Origin: Haliotis rubra
Taxonomy: Eukaryota
Length of the DNA: 64,000 bases
Reading direction: 5' to 3'
Assembly: GCF_003918875.1 (NCBI RefSeq)
Contig: NW_025766967.1
Coordinates: forward strand, 310,001 to 374,000
Position numbers and translations under genes: made by a program. The notes under the pieces are model-generated. The model made no database searches. It had not been told where the DNA came from and worked only from the letters and a program-made list of their open reading frames with translations. Positions 13,163 to 26,700 of the stretch are shown piece by piece (the stretch's first letter is position 1; every line of letters begins with the position of its first letter).

Positions 13163-16100
13163 GCGAGGAAGACGAATCGCAGATTGTAATTTCAGCTGAG
13201 CCATCTGGGTTGGCTTGGAGACAGAGCTGGAGCAATCGATGGTACATTGTACCGTCCTGAAACAAAGTTGAATATAATGTTATTTAGGTACAAAATATAT
13301 GTGTTAGTAGGACTACATGATCCACGGTGCACAATACATACATTTACGAAAGACTAGTATATGTAAACGCCGCTCTTGTTCTTGATGTAATTAGATACGT
13401 ATCTAGCATGTCATTATCCGACATTGGCACTCAACTTACCTCCCTGTATTCCCAGTTGTGTCTGTCTGCGCATGTCCGCTGCAGATGGAGGCTGGTCATG
13501 TCCGATGTACAGACGGATATGTTATTCTGTTGGAAGTCTCCTGTAGGGTCACTTGCCACAGCTACAAGTATATGAAATATGTAAAGTGTTTATACCACCA
13601 ATCATAAGACACACACGTATAAGTAATATCACGCCATTAATATTTGTATATAAACGTCACTAGTGACAGATAACATGTTACCTGTTATCCTCAATAGTCA
13701 CTGATTACATGATGTATTGACACCGGTAAATCGTAGTATTACAATATATAAATTATGTATATGTATACAATCGTGTAATCAGTCACTAGTGAAAATAATT
13801 GAAAACCTGTCATCTGTCACTAGTGACTGCTAGTAACATGTCGCCGAGAAATAAGTGGTATTTGAGAAAGAAATCCTCTTTTTGTTATAGATATATAGTA
13901 ATGAAATTATTTATGTTTCGATTTATCAACACAAGGGGGTATCTCAGCCATATCAAATGTACCTGCTACACTGGGTAATATGGTGCATTAGGTCTGGTGG
14001 CAGTTGTACTGTCAGCAGAGCGAAGTCTGACAAGGACTCGCTAACGTCCTTACCAACTTCACCAGTGACCCAGAAACGATAAACTGTATATCCTGAATAT
14101 AATACCTGCTAGTTTTCCTTCTCTGATGTCTCAGCTCGTGAAGTAAAGTGAGGGCAACATTTTCACTCGTGACTACAATAAATATCTCCTGTAAATAACA
14201 CAGTACAGAAGACACGAAAAACGTGACCCACAATCACGTGGCAAACCACAGACCAGACGACATACACGTGACGATACAGAACACAGGAAGTCACACAATA
14301 AATATCATATGCATCGTCACACCTCATGTTGTCGACACTCACAAACAAACCATATAGCTCACGATGTATACGCCCCGCTACAGAACACATAATACGTCAC
14401 ATATCATAAGAATCATTCAACACAAGTCAAAACACTGATTACACAACAGTCGCGTTTCCTGCTGACTGGGTCCCGTCCTATTGCGGAACTTAGTATAATA
14501 ACCAGTCCAGAATTTTGAGACCATCTCATTCAACTGGATACATAATTATTAATCAGTATTATTTTATACATCTAAGCACTTGTATACTGCAACACTACGC
14601 TCCTTCTAATCTTTGCAAACACGTCGTGCAGCGTGCTCTGTCGTACAGTGAGTACTGACAAACGGAAACATGTAAATCGTGAAAATCTCAAAACGAGGCT
14701 ATCCCGCTAGAAAAGTTTGGCGGTCTGGTTCGAACTTGATATTATATCAATCACATTGTGCGTTACAGAACTACACCGAATAAGCTCACAAAACACATAA
14801 CAGGTGTAACCAGTGAGCCAGATGCATTTGTGAATCATTGTACGACCTCACCAAAAGAGGGGCAGTCTGTGACCTCTTACTTAAGGTCATGCTGCCTACA
14901 CCTCGCCATAAAATATAGAAATACGATTAGGGTTTAAAATTAAAATGTATTAGTAAATACCATTTTCTTATGAAACAAGAAATTGGAATTCAGTGTAACC
15001 ATAGCTGTTTGTGATGTCTATTTTCACACGAGAAAATTAGGATCGGCTGAAAAGTAAGGCATTGTCTGAATAGGTTAATAAGAGTCATGTTTCGGAATGC
15101 ACATCATTGAGCACACACGAACAAGTACAGACACACGACACACATCGTGTAAAAGAAAATAATTACATGTCATTTCATGCATTCTGATCACACATGTTGT
15201 GTGCATGTTACTCACAAGTCCCGATACTTCTTATAGTCTGTCTCATACGTTCTGGCAGTATGCTGACATGTTTGATGTATTTCAGTTCGGTTATTTATAA
15301 ATAGCCGTCAGATTGATGTAATGAGACCATTGACTGTGGTTTTCCGTGTTTTGTTGTGTCTGGTGTGTGGAGTGTGTTGTATTGTGAGTGTTGTATATGT
15401 GGTTTCTGTGCCGTTCGTTGTGTAGCGGGTGGTTTATCGTATATCGTGTGTGGTGTGTCTGGTGATGTGTGGTGTGTCTGGTGATGTGTGGTGATTTGTT
15501 TTGATGTGTGGTGATGTGTTTTGATGTGTGATGTGCCTGATGATGTGTGGTGATGTGTGGTGTGCCTGATGATGTGTGGTGATGTGTGGTCATGTGTGGT
15601 GTGTCTGGTGATGTGTGGTGATGTGTGGTGATGTATGGTGTGTCTGGTGATGTGTGGTGATGTGTGTTGATGTTTGGTGTGTCTGGTGATATGTGGTGTG
15701 TCTGGTGATGCGTGCTGATGCGTGGTGATGTGTGGTGTGTCTGGTGATGTGTGGTGTGTCTCGTGATGTGTGGTGATCTGTGGTGTGTCTGGTGATGTGT
15801 GTTGATGTGTGGTGATGTGTGGTGTGTGGTGTGTCTGGTGATGTGTGGTGATGTGTGGTGATATGTGGTGTGTCTGGTGACCTGTGGTGATGTGTGGTTT
15901 ACAGGGACGGAAGGTTTTTATGGGCATTTACAGTAATTTAAAGCAATTGGGCAATGTAAATTTCAAAACATATTTCAAAATATTTGATACAAAAATTAAA
16001 CCAATTTTGCTATATGGGGCAGAGGTTTGGGGGTTTTCTCGGTTGGAAGCATTGGAAAAGGTTCACTTGTACGCATGTAAAAAAGTCTTAGGAGTAAAAT

Positions 16101-17633
16101 TAAATACCCCAAATGTGATGATCTATGGTGAATGCGGTCGCTTCCCACTTTATCTAGAAGCACAGATAAAAGTTATCAAATACTGGGTAAAGCTCTTGAA
16201 TATGCCTGCATTAAGATTTCTAAGAAATGTTATAACATGATGTATTTGTTTGACACCAACGGTAAATCAAATTGGGTAACGAATGTTAGAAATTTTACTA
16301 AATCATTGTGGTTTTAGTGATGTAATTTTGTCACAAAAGATTACCTGCCCGAAGCCATTTTATAATGCTTTATCGCAAAGATTAAAAGATATGTACATTC
16401 AGACCTGAACTCATCTTTAATGTGGTGATGTGTGGTGTGTCTGGTGATGTGTGGTCTGGTGATGTGTGGTGATGTGTGGTGATGTGGTGATGTGTGGTGA
16501 TGTCTGGTGATGTGTGGTGTGTGTGGTGATGTGTGGTGATGTGGTGGTCTGTGTGATGTGTGGTGATGTGGTGGTCTGGTGATGTGTGATGTGTGTGGTG
16601 TGTGTGGTGATGTGTGTGGTGTCTGGTGATGTGTGGTGTGTGTGGTGTGGTGATGTGGTGATGTGTGGTGTGTGTGGTGATGTGTGGTGTGTGTGGTGAT
16701 GTGTGGTGTGTGTGGTGATGTGTGGTGATGTGTGGTGATGTGTGGTGTGTCTGGTGATGTGTGGTGATGTGTGGTGTGTCTGGTGATGTGTGGTGTGTGT
16801 GGTGATGTGTGGTGATGTGTGGTGATGTGTGGTGATCTGGTGATGTGTGGTGATATGTGGTGTGTCTGGTGATGTGTGGTGATGTGTGGTGATGTGTGGT
16901 GTGGTGATGTGTGGTGTGTCTGGTGATGTGTGGTGATGTGTGGTGATGTGTGGTGCATGTGGTGATGTGTGGTGATGTGTGGTGATGTGTGGTGTGTCTG
17001 GTGATGTGTGGTGTGTGGTGTGTGGTGATGTGTGGTGTCTAGTGTGTGTGGTGATGTGTGTGATGTGTCTGGTGATGTGTGGTGATGTGTGGTGATGTGT
17101 GGTGATGTGTGGTGTGTCTGGTGATGTGTGGTGTGTCTGGTGATGTGTGGTGGTGTGTCGTTTCTGTGTGTTACGTTTGTTGTGCAGTGTGTGCGTGCAA
17201 TGTGTAGTGAGTCTTGTGAGGCATGTGATCGATTGTGTGAATCATGTAGAATATAATGAAATCCAAACAGGGCTCGGTGAATGACACAAAGCAAAGTGGT
17301 AATGTCAAGCAGGAAAACCACACGTTGTCCACATTTAGCAGGACCAACCACAACACCACGCGTCAACATATCGCAGGATGGACACCCTGCACCTACCTGG
17401 TTCTCACCCTGTCCATGACACGGCCTCAGTTGGAGTCTTCCGCTCTCTCCATCCAGGCTTGTCATGCACAGACCGGAACCTGTTGGTCTTAGCTGTCGAT
17501 TAAATGATAAGTGGTTTCACACAACCTGTAACAACAGCTCAGTATCACATTCAAAGTAACTTTATGCATTGTACCCTTGTGGTGATTTGTTATTGTTCCG
17601 TTTCTATATGCTAGAAGTTGCTTCTACTACTAG

Positions 17634-17708
<75 letters not shown>

Positions 17709-20700
17709 GGCATGCCCACAACTTTGCAGCCAGGTGGCCTCACCTCTCCAGATGCTACGTGTTTTTCCGGGTAGACGTTGCGCATGTACCAGTGGAAGTC
17801 GTGACAGCGAAGGCGCTGCCTCAGAGCTTGACGTGAGGATATGTCACCATAATTGTCCTGTTAAAAATATTCATAAGATATATTTTTACTATAGTAAGAT
17901 CCTTCCATCATGATTAAACATTAAAACGAGAAACATATGTTGACTGAGACATATATATTCTTACAAATTTGGGACATTTGTCGCGAAAAGTACGGAATCC
18001 TGCATGCTCACCGGTTTCAAGAAAGATGCACCAAGCAGATAGTTCTTATAATCATCCATCCACACTTCAGCTACTCTCGCAGAGTTCACGTTAGCGGCGT
18101 CCTGTCTGTTGGGCCACGCGACAGGGTTGGAGTTCCCGGAACACGTGACCAACTTGTGAACATGGCAGCAGGTGTACACTACCATTGCACATCCAAACCT
18201 TTTGCGGGGGGAAATGTATTGTGATTATGAATTTGGTAAACATCGCACAATATGATGACTGATAGTATGACCACAATAACACGCACTGACAGTAATCATA
18301 ATAATAATAACTAACATACTTACGGAAAAGAAACCAACCTATTCAAAGAATATCATGGACACACCAACTCATGCCCAAACGTCTTGAACGTGCGAAGGCA
18401 ACAGGATGGCGAGGAATTCCACGCGTAAATGGTTAAGTATCAATGCGCCATTGGGGCAAAGTCATGCTAATGTATCTGACAGAGCAGAATATTCGAGACC
18501 CCCTCTCCCACGTCTAAAGGTACACATGCAAAATGTGCCTGGTGCGCTAACTGACAATACTGGTCAGACATCATTGCAGGAACCGTCGGTTCCCACAACA
18601 GCAGATCAAGTGCTTTACTGGCGCGTGGTCCTGTGCTCAAAGCTCAAGTCACAAATCGGTGAAGTTAAGCAGCGTCGAGCTCGGAGAGTCCTTGGATGGG
18701 TGACCGTGTTTGGCAGCTTGACTCCTGAGAGTTTCTAGGACTTCAGAAACAACGAAGCACATGTGACACATGTGGTCTCACCTTAGGCAAGTGAGTTTGT
18801 TCAAAATTGTCTCTGTTCACCCAGCAGGAAAATGGGTACCCGGTGGAAAAAGTCATATGACTATAACCTTCAAGCGCCTAACAGGCAGCATGGGTTATCC
18901 GGGGTAATAATGTGCTGCGCCTTGATTGTTAGCGCTATGAGCATACCTAGTGTGGAGTTTGGCGCTATATAAATGGACACATTATTATTATGTTTGTCCT
19001 CAGATCGTTTAAACTCTGTCAAGGAATGTTATTATCCTGGGGCCTCCTCAACACAGCCCCTAAAAAAAAACCCCAAACTATTGGTGCTTCAATTTCGGTA
19101 CCTCCCAGTCTTTTGATAAACTTTGGGAGAGAACCCTGGTTTGCTGTCAGGAATACAACCAGCTCTACTGACACTATGGGTAATATGGGAAATATGAATG
19201 GTGCAGGGTTGGGGAGTCTCCACATTTTCCAAATCGATGTTGCTGGTTTTGAGCAAAAGCGCTTCCTATAAAGATCCAATTCCTGTCTGTAAAGAGGCAA
19301 GGGCTCTGGGTGGATGAAGAGCCCAAAACCTCTTTAGTGCATTTATTTTATTCTGCCAATAACATGATCTGGAAGTGTTAATGTTTGACCAGAAGTGTGC
19401 AAATTGCAATATCCTCTCACCTTAAAGGAGAGTTCCAGGTTTTCCCTCCCCAAAACATCATCCCAGGATCAAAACCTCCGAGCTGTTCAAAGAAGTCCTT
19501 GTCGATGGCAAATACACCCCCCGGGATGGTGGGGGATCTGGAAATAACGCTCACTCGTATAAGACATTAACATTTAATACGTGTTACCGATCGTCCTGGC
19601 GCTCTAGATTAGGTAGATGACTGGTTCATTGGGAGAGGTGTGTGTGATGTGTGTTAAAATGCGATGTAGCCCTACAAAAGACATTATCATAAGTTTGGAC
19701 TAGTCCAAACAGCCACACACCAAGGACGTATGAAAATGTCGGAAACCACATCCCTCCCCCACTGTCAACTACTCATAGGTTTACCTTATCGGATCAGTCT
19801 CTGTTCTGTTCTGTTGATGGGCAGGAATGGCATCCCACATGAACCTCAGGCCTTCCCAACGAAAGCCACCTCGATGTGTAGGCAAAGATGTCCGGGAACT
19901 AAAGTCATGGGCATCAATAGGAGTTATCACCGGGAATGTAACTGTTGTGGAGTCAAGTGATATTCCCTCCAACAATGGTTCAAGCCAACCTGTTGAACAG
20001 GGATTAAGTTGCGTTAGTTCTAATAGTGACGTGTATAAGATACATGATACCTACATGCATCAGCTCATCACCGATGATCACGTACTGTCACTAGTTTCGC
20101 AAACACATTGTAACAGTTATAGGTAAAGACAACTACATTCATGCTAATGCCAGTTATGTAAATCTTGTGCAGATGAAGAGTTGACGAACGCATATTTCTG
20201 CCTTCTTGGCATATTACTGTGGGTGTGTTGATGTATAAACTCTGTATGCACGGGTGGGCATCACTTTTCTCACACATTTGGAAGTATATATAGAGAGCAC
20301 AAAGGATGCTTGTTAGTGTAAATGGCTGGTCCGCACGGAGAGGATTTATAGTAGGCACTGAGGGGCCTATTTCAAAACTTGAGATTTTGAAACCATGTAC
20401 TCTTCTTCCAAGGCAGTCAAACCACATCCTTCCATATGATGATCGGTTTCGGGTCGTTTCACCCCAGGTAGTTTCACCCGGGTGGTTTCATCCCAATTCC
20501 AAACCAGATCAATTCATTCCATATTAGGGGTTGCTTCACCCCTAATCAAGAGTTGCTTCACCCAACTAATTGAGTAAACATGGATAATGGTATTAATGTT
20601 TAAATCTGTCAATCCTAATTAGGCAATGTTTTTACAACAATCAGGTAAGTGCTGAACAATAAATGTGGTGTGCTGGATTGCCACTTTATGTTCTTGCGCC

Positions 20701-23700
20701 GCTCTTGAGAAGTGAGGCTGACCAAGTGAAAACCCAAGTGTGCCTGGTTCAAAATGTTCTTCTATCAAGAGACAATAGGCAGAAATTCATGAAGATCCAC
20801 GAGAAGCTTCTTGACCTCTGGACACAGTGCACAGACAAGGAACGCTCCACAAGGTCATTCCTGTCCAAGGCAGCTACTCGCTATCGTCACTGAAGGACCG
20901 ATCCACTGACTGACTGACTGACTGACTGAGTTTGGTTTTACGCCGCTATTAGCAATATTCCAGCAACATCACGGCGGGGAACACCAGAAATGGGCTTCAC
21001 ACATTGTACCCTTGTGGGGATTCGAACCCTGGTCTTCGGCGGGACGAGCCAACGCTTTAACCACTAGGCTACCCCACCGCCCCAAAGGACCGATCCAACA
21101 CAGCCAATATGGACTGATACAATTATTCATACAATCTGAATATGCTGTTTCGACACTATACATAGATGAATAAAATATTGAAACAATTTTACAGTTAAAA
21201 ATAATTATTTGCTAGGGTGAAACAACCTCTAAATGGGGTGAAACTGTATGGGGTGAAACAACCCGGGTGAAACAGCCTTGGGTGAACCTGTGCTGGGGTG
21301 AACGTGTTTGGGGCGAAATAACCAGTTACCTGCTGACCTCTGGATAGCGGCAAACGGTTTAAGACAAACAACGTTTCGATGGTATGTAAAAAGTGGAGAT
21401 GACAAACGACACAATAGGGTCAACGAGTAACCTGTTACCTGGGAAACATTCAGTGTGTGAATCCATGAAGATCAGGACTGGCGCTCGCGCAACGGAGTAA
21501 CCAACGAGCCGAGCACGTGCCACTCCCTGTCTCGTTTTCGTGCGGATAAGTTGGACCTTGACGAGAGGTGCAATGTGTTCTTCTAGTGGGGTCTTCAGAT
21601 AACCTTATTGGATACAATGGTAATTTTGACATCTGATGATTGAGAGAACAGGAAATATGGAGATATGGACAGTAAAACATATACACAGGCGAAATGAGAA
21701 CGCATAATTAACCTATGCATTTATCATATATTTTACTCCCGCCTCCTGACACATTTATTAGTTGTTTGTTTTTTTATCCTATAAGAACATGAAGCACTTG
21801 GTTCCCTGACATACCTATTTACTTTGTATTGATGTTCAAAGAGTATTCGGGGGCAGTGGGGTAGCCTAATGGTTAAAGCGTTGGCTCGTCACGCCGAAGA
21901 CCCGGGTTCGAATCCCCACATGGGCACAATGTGTGAAGCCCATTTTTGGTGTCCCCCGCCGTGATGTTGCTGGAATATTGCTAAAAGCAGCGTAAAACCA
22001 AACTCAGTCAGCCAGTCAAAGAGTATTCTACAAAATATCATATACGATAATGTGTGGATCAAAACACCCCTGGGCATTGGTCAAATGAAGATTTTATCAG
22101 CTCATTGAATAACTCTGCTTGTGTGGAACTGGGAATAAATCGATGTACGACGACATATTGACTTCAAGGGCCAGGTTTCAAAAGAAATAGTAGATCACTA
22201 TTGACGTAACATATCCTTTACCAGAAAATGGACTGTTATTTAACATAAGACGCAGTATCTCAGCAGATGGCTTTCAAGGAACCTGTGTGCACTGCTCTAT
22301 TCTTTTTACGCCCAATGGATTCGCTGAGTTGTCGAGTCTGGACTTTCTCAGACGTGGAGGTTATATATTTACGACGGCGAAAGAGATGCGATTGCTGTGT
22401 TGAATCTCAGTTCTATTTATCTGAAGAGCTTTTTATTGGCAAAGAAAATCAAAAAATGTTTCCGGCTCTCGTTCTCCATTAGCATTTTGTATTCTCCGCT
22501 ATCATTAGGGAGACTATTCAGAGATAGGATCATTACTGTCTGAAATGTAAGTATTTCAGTATTATTTACTTTTATCGGATAGGTCATCCACAAGAATGAT
22601 CTCCCTCAGTAGTTCCGGTGGCGATCTGTCCAGTATGCTGTGAACTGACCGGAGGAGTGTTGACCAAGCCTCGTTATGGAATGATATGATGACACTGACT
22701 TCCGGTAACTTAACCGGGTAGAACTTTGTCCTGCAACTGATGAAGGTATATTTCCTCCCCAAATAAAGGATTTTACCTGATCATCTTTTGTTCAACCGTC
22801 GATTTGGAAACTCCTCGAAATAAAAATCTGATTGGAACAGCTCCTCATTTGAGGGAATCACCACAGATGTCAATATTTACGGAAAGCATTTCCGTCTTTG
22901 ATTTCGAAGGTAAAACTTGTTATATAATGAACTTAACAAATATAGATGACAAAATTCAGATTCCATGTAATATTCAAGATATGTGTGGTAATACGTGCTG
23001 GCCTAAGACTTGATAGAAAATTGACTATTATAAGATATTTTCGATATTTAGATTGTGCGTTTATTCAAGAGGTCAACGCCAGAGACTAAACAGTCTCGAT
23101 TATCACACGGGTCAGATTCCGTTCGGAAGGTTAATAATATGGTCGAAAGTGACGTCACTTTTGTGACGTGCGAGTACACCAGCAGTGTCTGATTGTTTAG
23201 AATACTTCTTAAAGAATGTTCATCAATTAGGAGATAAACATCATGTGTTGGCCAATTTCCGGGTGTTATTGAGTATTTGAAGCACGGGAGTTCATTTGGA
23301 ACCGACGGCACAGGGATTCATTTGGAACCGACGGCATTAGCCGAAGGTTTCAAATGAAATATTCCAGTGCTTCAAATACTCAATAACACCCGGAAATTGG
23401 CCAACACATGATGTTCATCGACATTGTAAACACAAAAGTAAACCAAAAGGCACACACGCGTTTTTGTGTCTGCACTCATTGACATCGAGTACGGGTACAG
23501 CAGTGAAGTGTCATCAGCCGGCCGTTTCGGCTGCATCTCATGGTAACATCTGAACTGCTCATTTGTGTTTTCATGCGGACTTTACGTCACAAAATGAGTT
23601 GAATGACGTCACCACTGCTCACGACGTAACAATACAATGGTGTGGTCGATGTTTGTACGTATTAATACGCAGCGTCGAATACCATTCAATCATGTTTTTC

Positions 23701-26700
23701 AATCACATTAAAGAACATAAATGAGCAGTTCCAGATGCTACCATGGGAACCAGCTGAAACGGCCGGCTGACGACACTTCGCTGCTGTACCCCTACTCGAT
23801 GTCAATGAGTGCAGACAGTAAAACCCATGTGGGTCGTTTGGTTTATTTGTGTGCTTACAATGTCGATAAACATCATGTGTTGGCCAATTTCCGGGTGTTA
23901 TTGAGTATTTGAAGCACGGAATGTCACATCGTGAAACGCAGTAGCCGCTTTACGAATAGCTGCGACACACAAACTTCCCGTGCGTTTACCTACGCGAGTA
24001 AATTAACATTATGGAAAATCAATGTTTGATCACATGAGGGTCCGAACTTTATTTGATGGCTGTTACATCAGTGTTTCATCAATTCAGAGCGACCACCAAC
24101 TCATTGAACTCTTCTCGTCTCGTCTTGTCAGTCAGTATCCTCGACATCACCCCAAAGTTGTAGTTATGATGTGTTTGTTTGTTGCTTAACAACGCACTCA
24201 GCAATTGCAGTATGAACATAATCATGCTGTATCTTCAAGATTACCTGTTAATTAATCCTAATTAAATTTGAGGCCGATCGCGTACTTATCACTCCATTTG
24301 TTTTAAAAAGTCATGAAAAGAAATTAGTGAATCCACGAACAGGCAAACTTTGAGAAATTTTAAATATAAAATTTCGTCAAATTTGTATGAGGTATACCAT
24401 TGTTAAAAAACAACATATATTTAATTGGAGACTGACTAAGATAAATTATACATTCCTTGGGTTTTGTCGTCCATGACAGTGACATGTTTAAATATGCTAC
24501 GTCATGCATGATAAAACATTTCAATAAAACAAACAATCGACGTTCAAAAACATAATAATATGAGATAATATAGGTTCAACAAATTTATAATTTTCCGAGG
24601 TATTTCAACCAGAGATTCATTGAGGCAGACATATATTAGTTCCACAAGACTGCGATATCAATTATGTTTTCCAGTTAAAAGCAGAATCTCAAACACATGA
24701 TAAATGCACATATTTAATAAATTCATAAAAAATATTAACGTTTACACTAAATATATTAATATCAAAAGACACATTTGACGTGATAACAAATCATTTGAAG
24801 CCCGAGCTTTATTCTCTACAGAGAGTCTAGGCATGTTGTATTATCTCCGTATACAGGTATAATATTACTGATTTGTAGCCATCGGCCCGGCTGCCATACC
24901 TTGTCAGTCTGTCGTCCAACAGCCGTCGTCTCACAGAGACCATGTCACTCACGAACTGGTTAAAGTGGTTCTGTTTGTAACCCTCCGCGTATTGCAGTCT
25001 GCGCCGCTCAGAGAGTTTGTCATAGTCCACTGTGACTGGTGTTCCGTATTCCCCTGTGAATAGCTTAACCTCATGAAACATTCGTTCGCTGGTGCATTGT
25101 AATGTTTCAGTTATCAGAAACCGGAAGTCCTGGGTTCGATTTCAACATTGGTAAAATGCGTGAGGTACATGCCAGACGTCCGCATCCCTCGAATTGCTGA
25201 CATATTGATACAAGTGCCATATTCACTCTCTCTACAGTTATGTGTTTCACGTTTTGAGGAGGTGAGGTATGGTTAGACGGGGTGAAGTGTTGTTGGGTGG
25301 GGAGAGGTGAAGTAGAACGGAACAGTGAGTGAGTGAGTTTAGTTTTACGCCACCTTTAGCAATATTCCAGCAATATCACGGCTGTTGACACCAAAAATGG
25401 GCTTCACACATTGCATGCATGTGAAGAATCGAACCCGGGTCTTCGGCGTGATTGGCGAACGCTTTAACCACTAGGCTGCCCATCCACCCTTGATGGGCCA
25501 GAGTCGAGTGAGGTGGAGTGGACTGTCTTACACTATATCGAAATGCATGTTTAGCACCTCCGTGTTTGTCGCACGGCGCATGGCATTTACTGTGAAAACC
25601 CTCACTCACTCATGCATGCACTTCAGATGAGATATCGTGTACTTATTGTCTGGGTTAGATGGTGAACACTGCGTTGTATACACGTTCCTAAATCAGTTTG
25701 TGCGATAGATAAGATCATTCATTATCAGCCTACGCGATTAATTTCACCCATACATAATCGGCCACCTGTGACAGATCAGCTTTCCTTCGTGTGTTGATAT
25801 ACCTCATTTTAAGCAGTGTTGGTTGATCTACAGTAGATACTCGTCAGTCCACCTCTACCATTGGGCTATCATTGCTCAGTATGTCAGAACACTTTGGATT
25901 AACATGACATGATATATGAAATATCAACAGACATGTTCCGCAACAACGAACAATATGTGTCATAAAATACCTATTATCATGACTCTCAAAACAGTTGAAT
26001 TGAACATTCATGAACGCGATAGTTTGACACATTAACATGTGTGGGATGATTTAATGAACATTCTCTGAAATACACAAACAGCAAACTTGAACATTGAATT
26101 GCTACGGACTATGTGTTTGTATTTGTGTGTGCATGTTTGAGTGCGTGTGTGCGTGTGTGTGTGTGTGTATGTGATCGTGTTGTGTGTTACACAACAGTGT
26201 TATTTTGAGTATAACGACATTGTAATTGTGTTTAGAAATTTAGAGGTCGACAAGAAGCATCAGTGCATGTGTCAATGCATGGAATGTCTACTACATCATT
26301 CCATTGAGGCTGCCCAATACTACTGAAAATATGTGAGTGCATAGAATAATGTTATGGGCTCAGTCAGAATTTAATGTCAATGGATTTGTGATGAAATATA
26401 ATACAAACAAAATCGTGGTTTACACTGTCACACTTTACCTGGTCCATTGGGCGAGTACTGTAGTGTTGGCAGTGGCAGTTGAGAGTCACCGGACTTAGCT
26501 GGTCTCTCAAAAGCTTCTATCTGTACATTGTGAGTCTCTCCCTGAGACGTAATCAAGTGGTCCCCCTGTGACGGACTTCCGGTGACGACGCCCAAGTCAG
26601 CATTGCCTTCGCGAATGGCCATATCCAAGTCTTCCCCATCCTTGTCCTTCTCAGTGTGGTCAGAGGCAGTTGTAGTACGTAACTGTGTATACAGTTTGGC

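Noticed and set aside
15291-17390. His/Thr-rich ORFs (100, 210 and 374 aa)
   Set aside because: These are translations of the GT-rich satellite; only the first ~23 codons of the 374-aa ORF are real (GALNT lectin exon).
17569-17913. Poly-Thr / poly-Leu ORFs
   Set aside because: They derive from the (ACT)n microsatellite plus the antisense of a GALNT exon.
18653-18705. 5S rRNA gene
   Set aside because: Only the internal control region is similar; the 5S ends and terminator are missing, and it continues into a SINE core.
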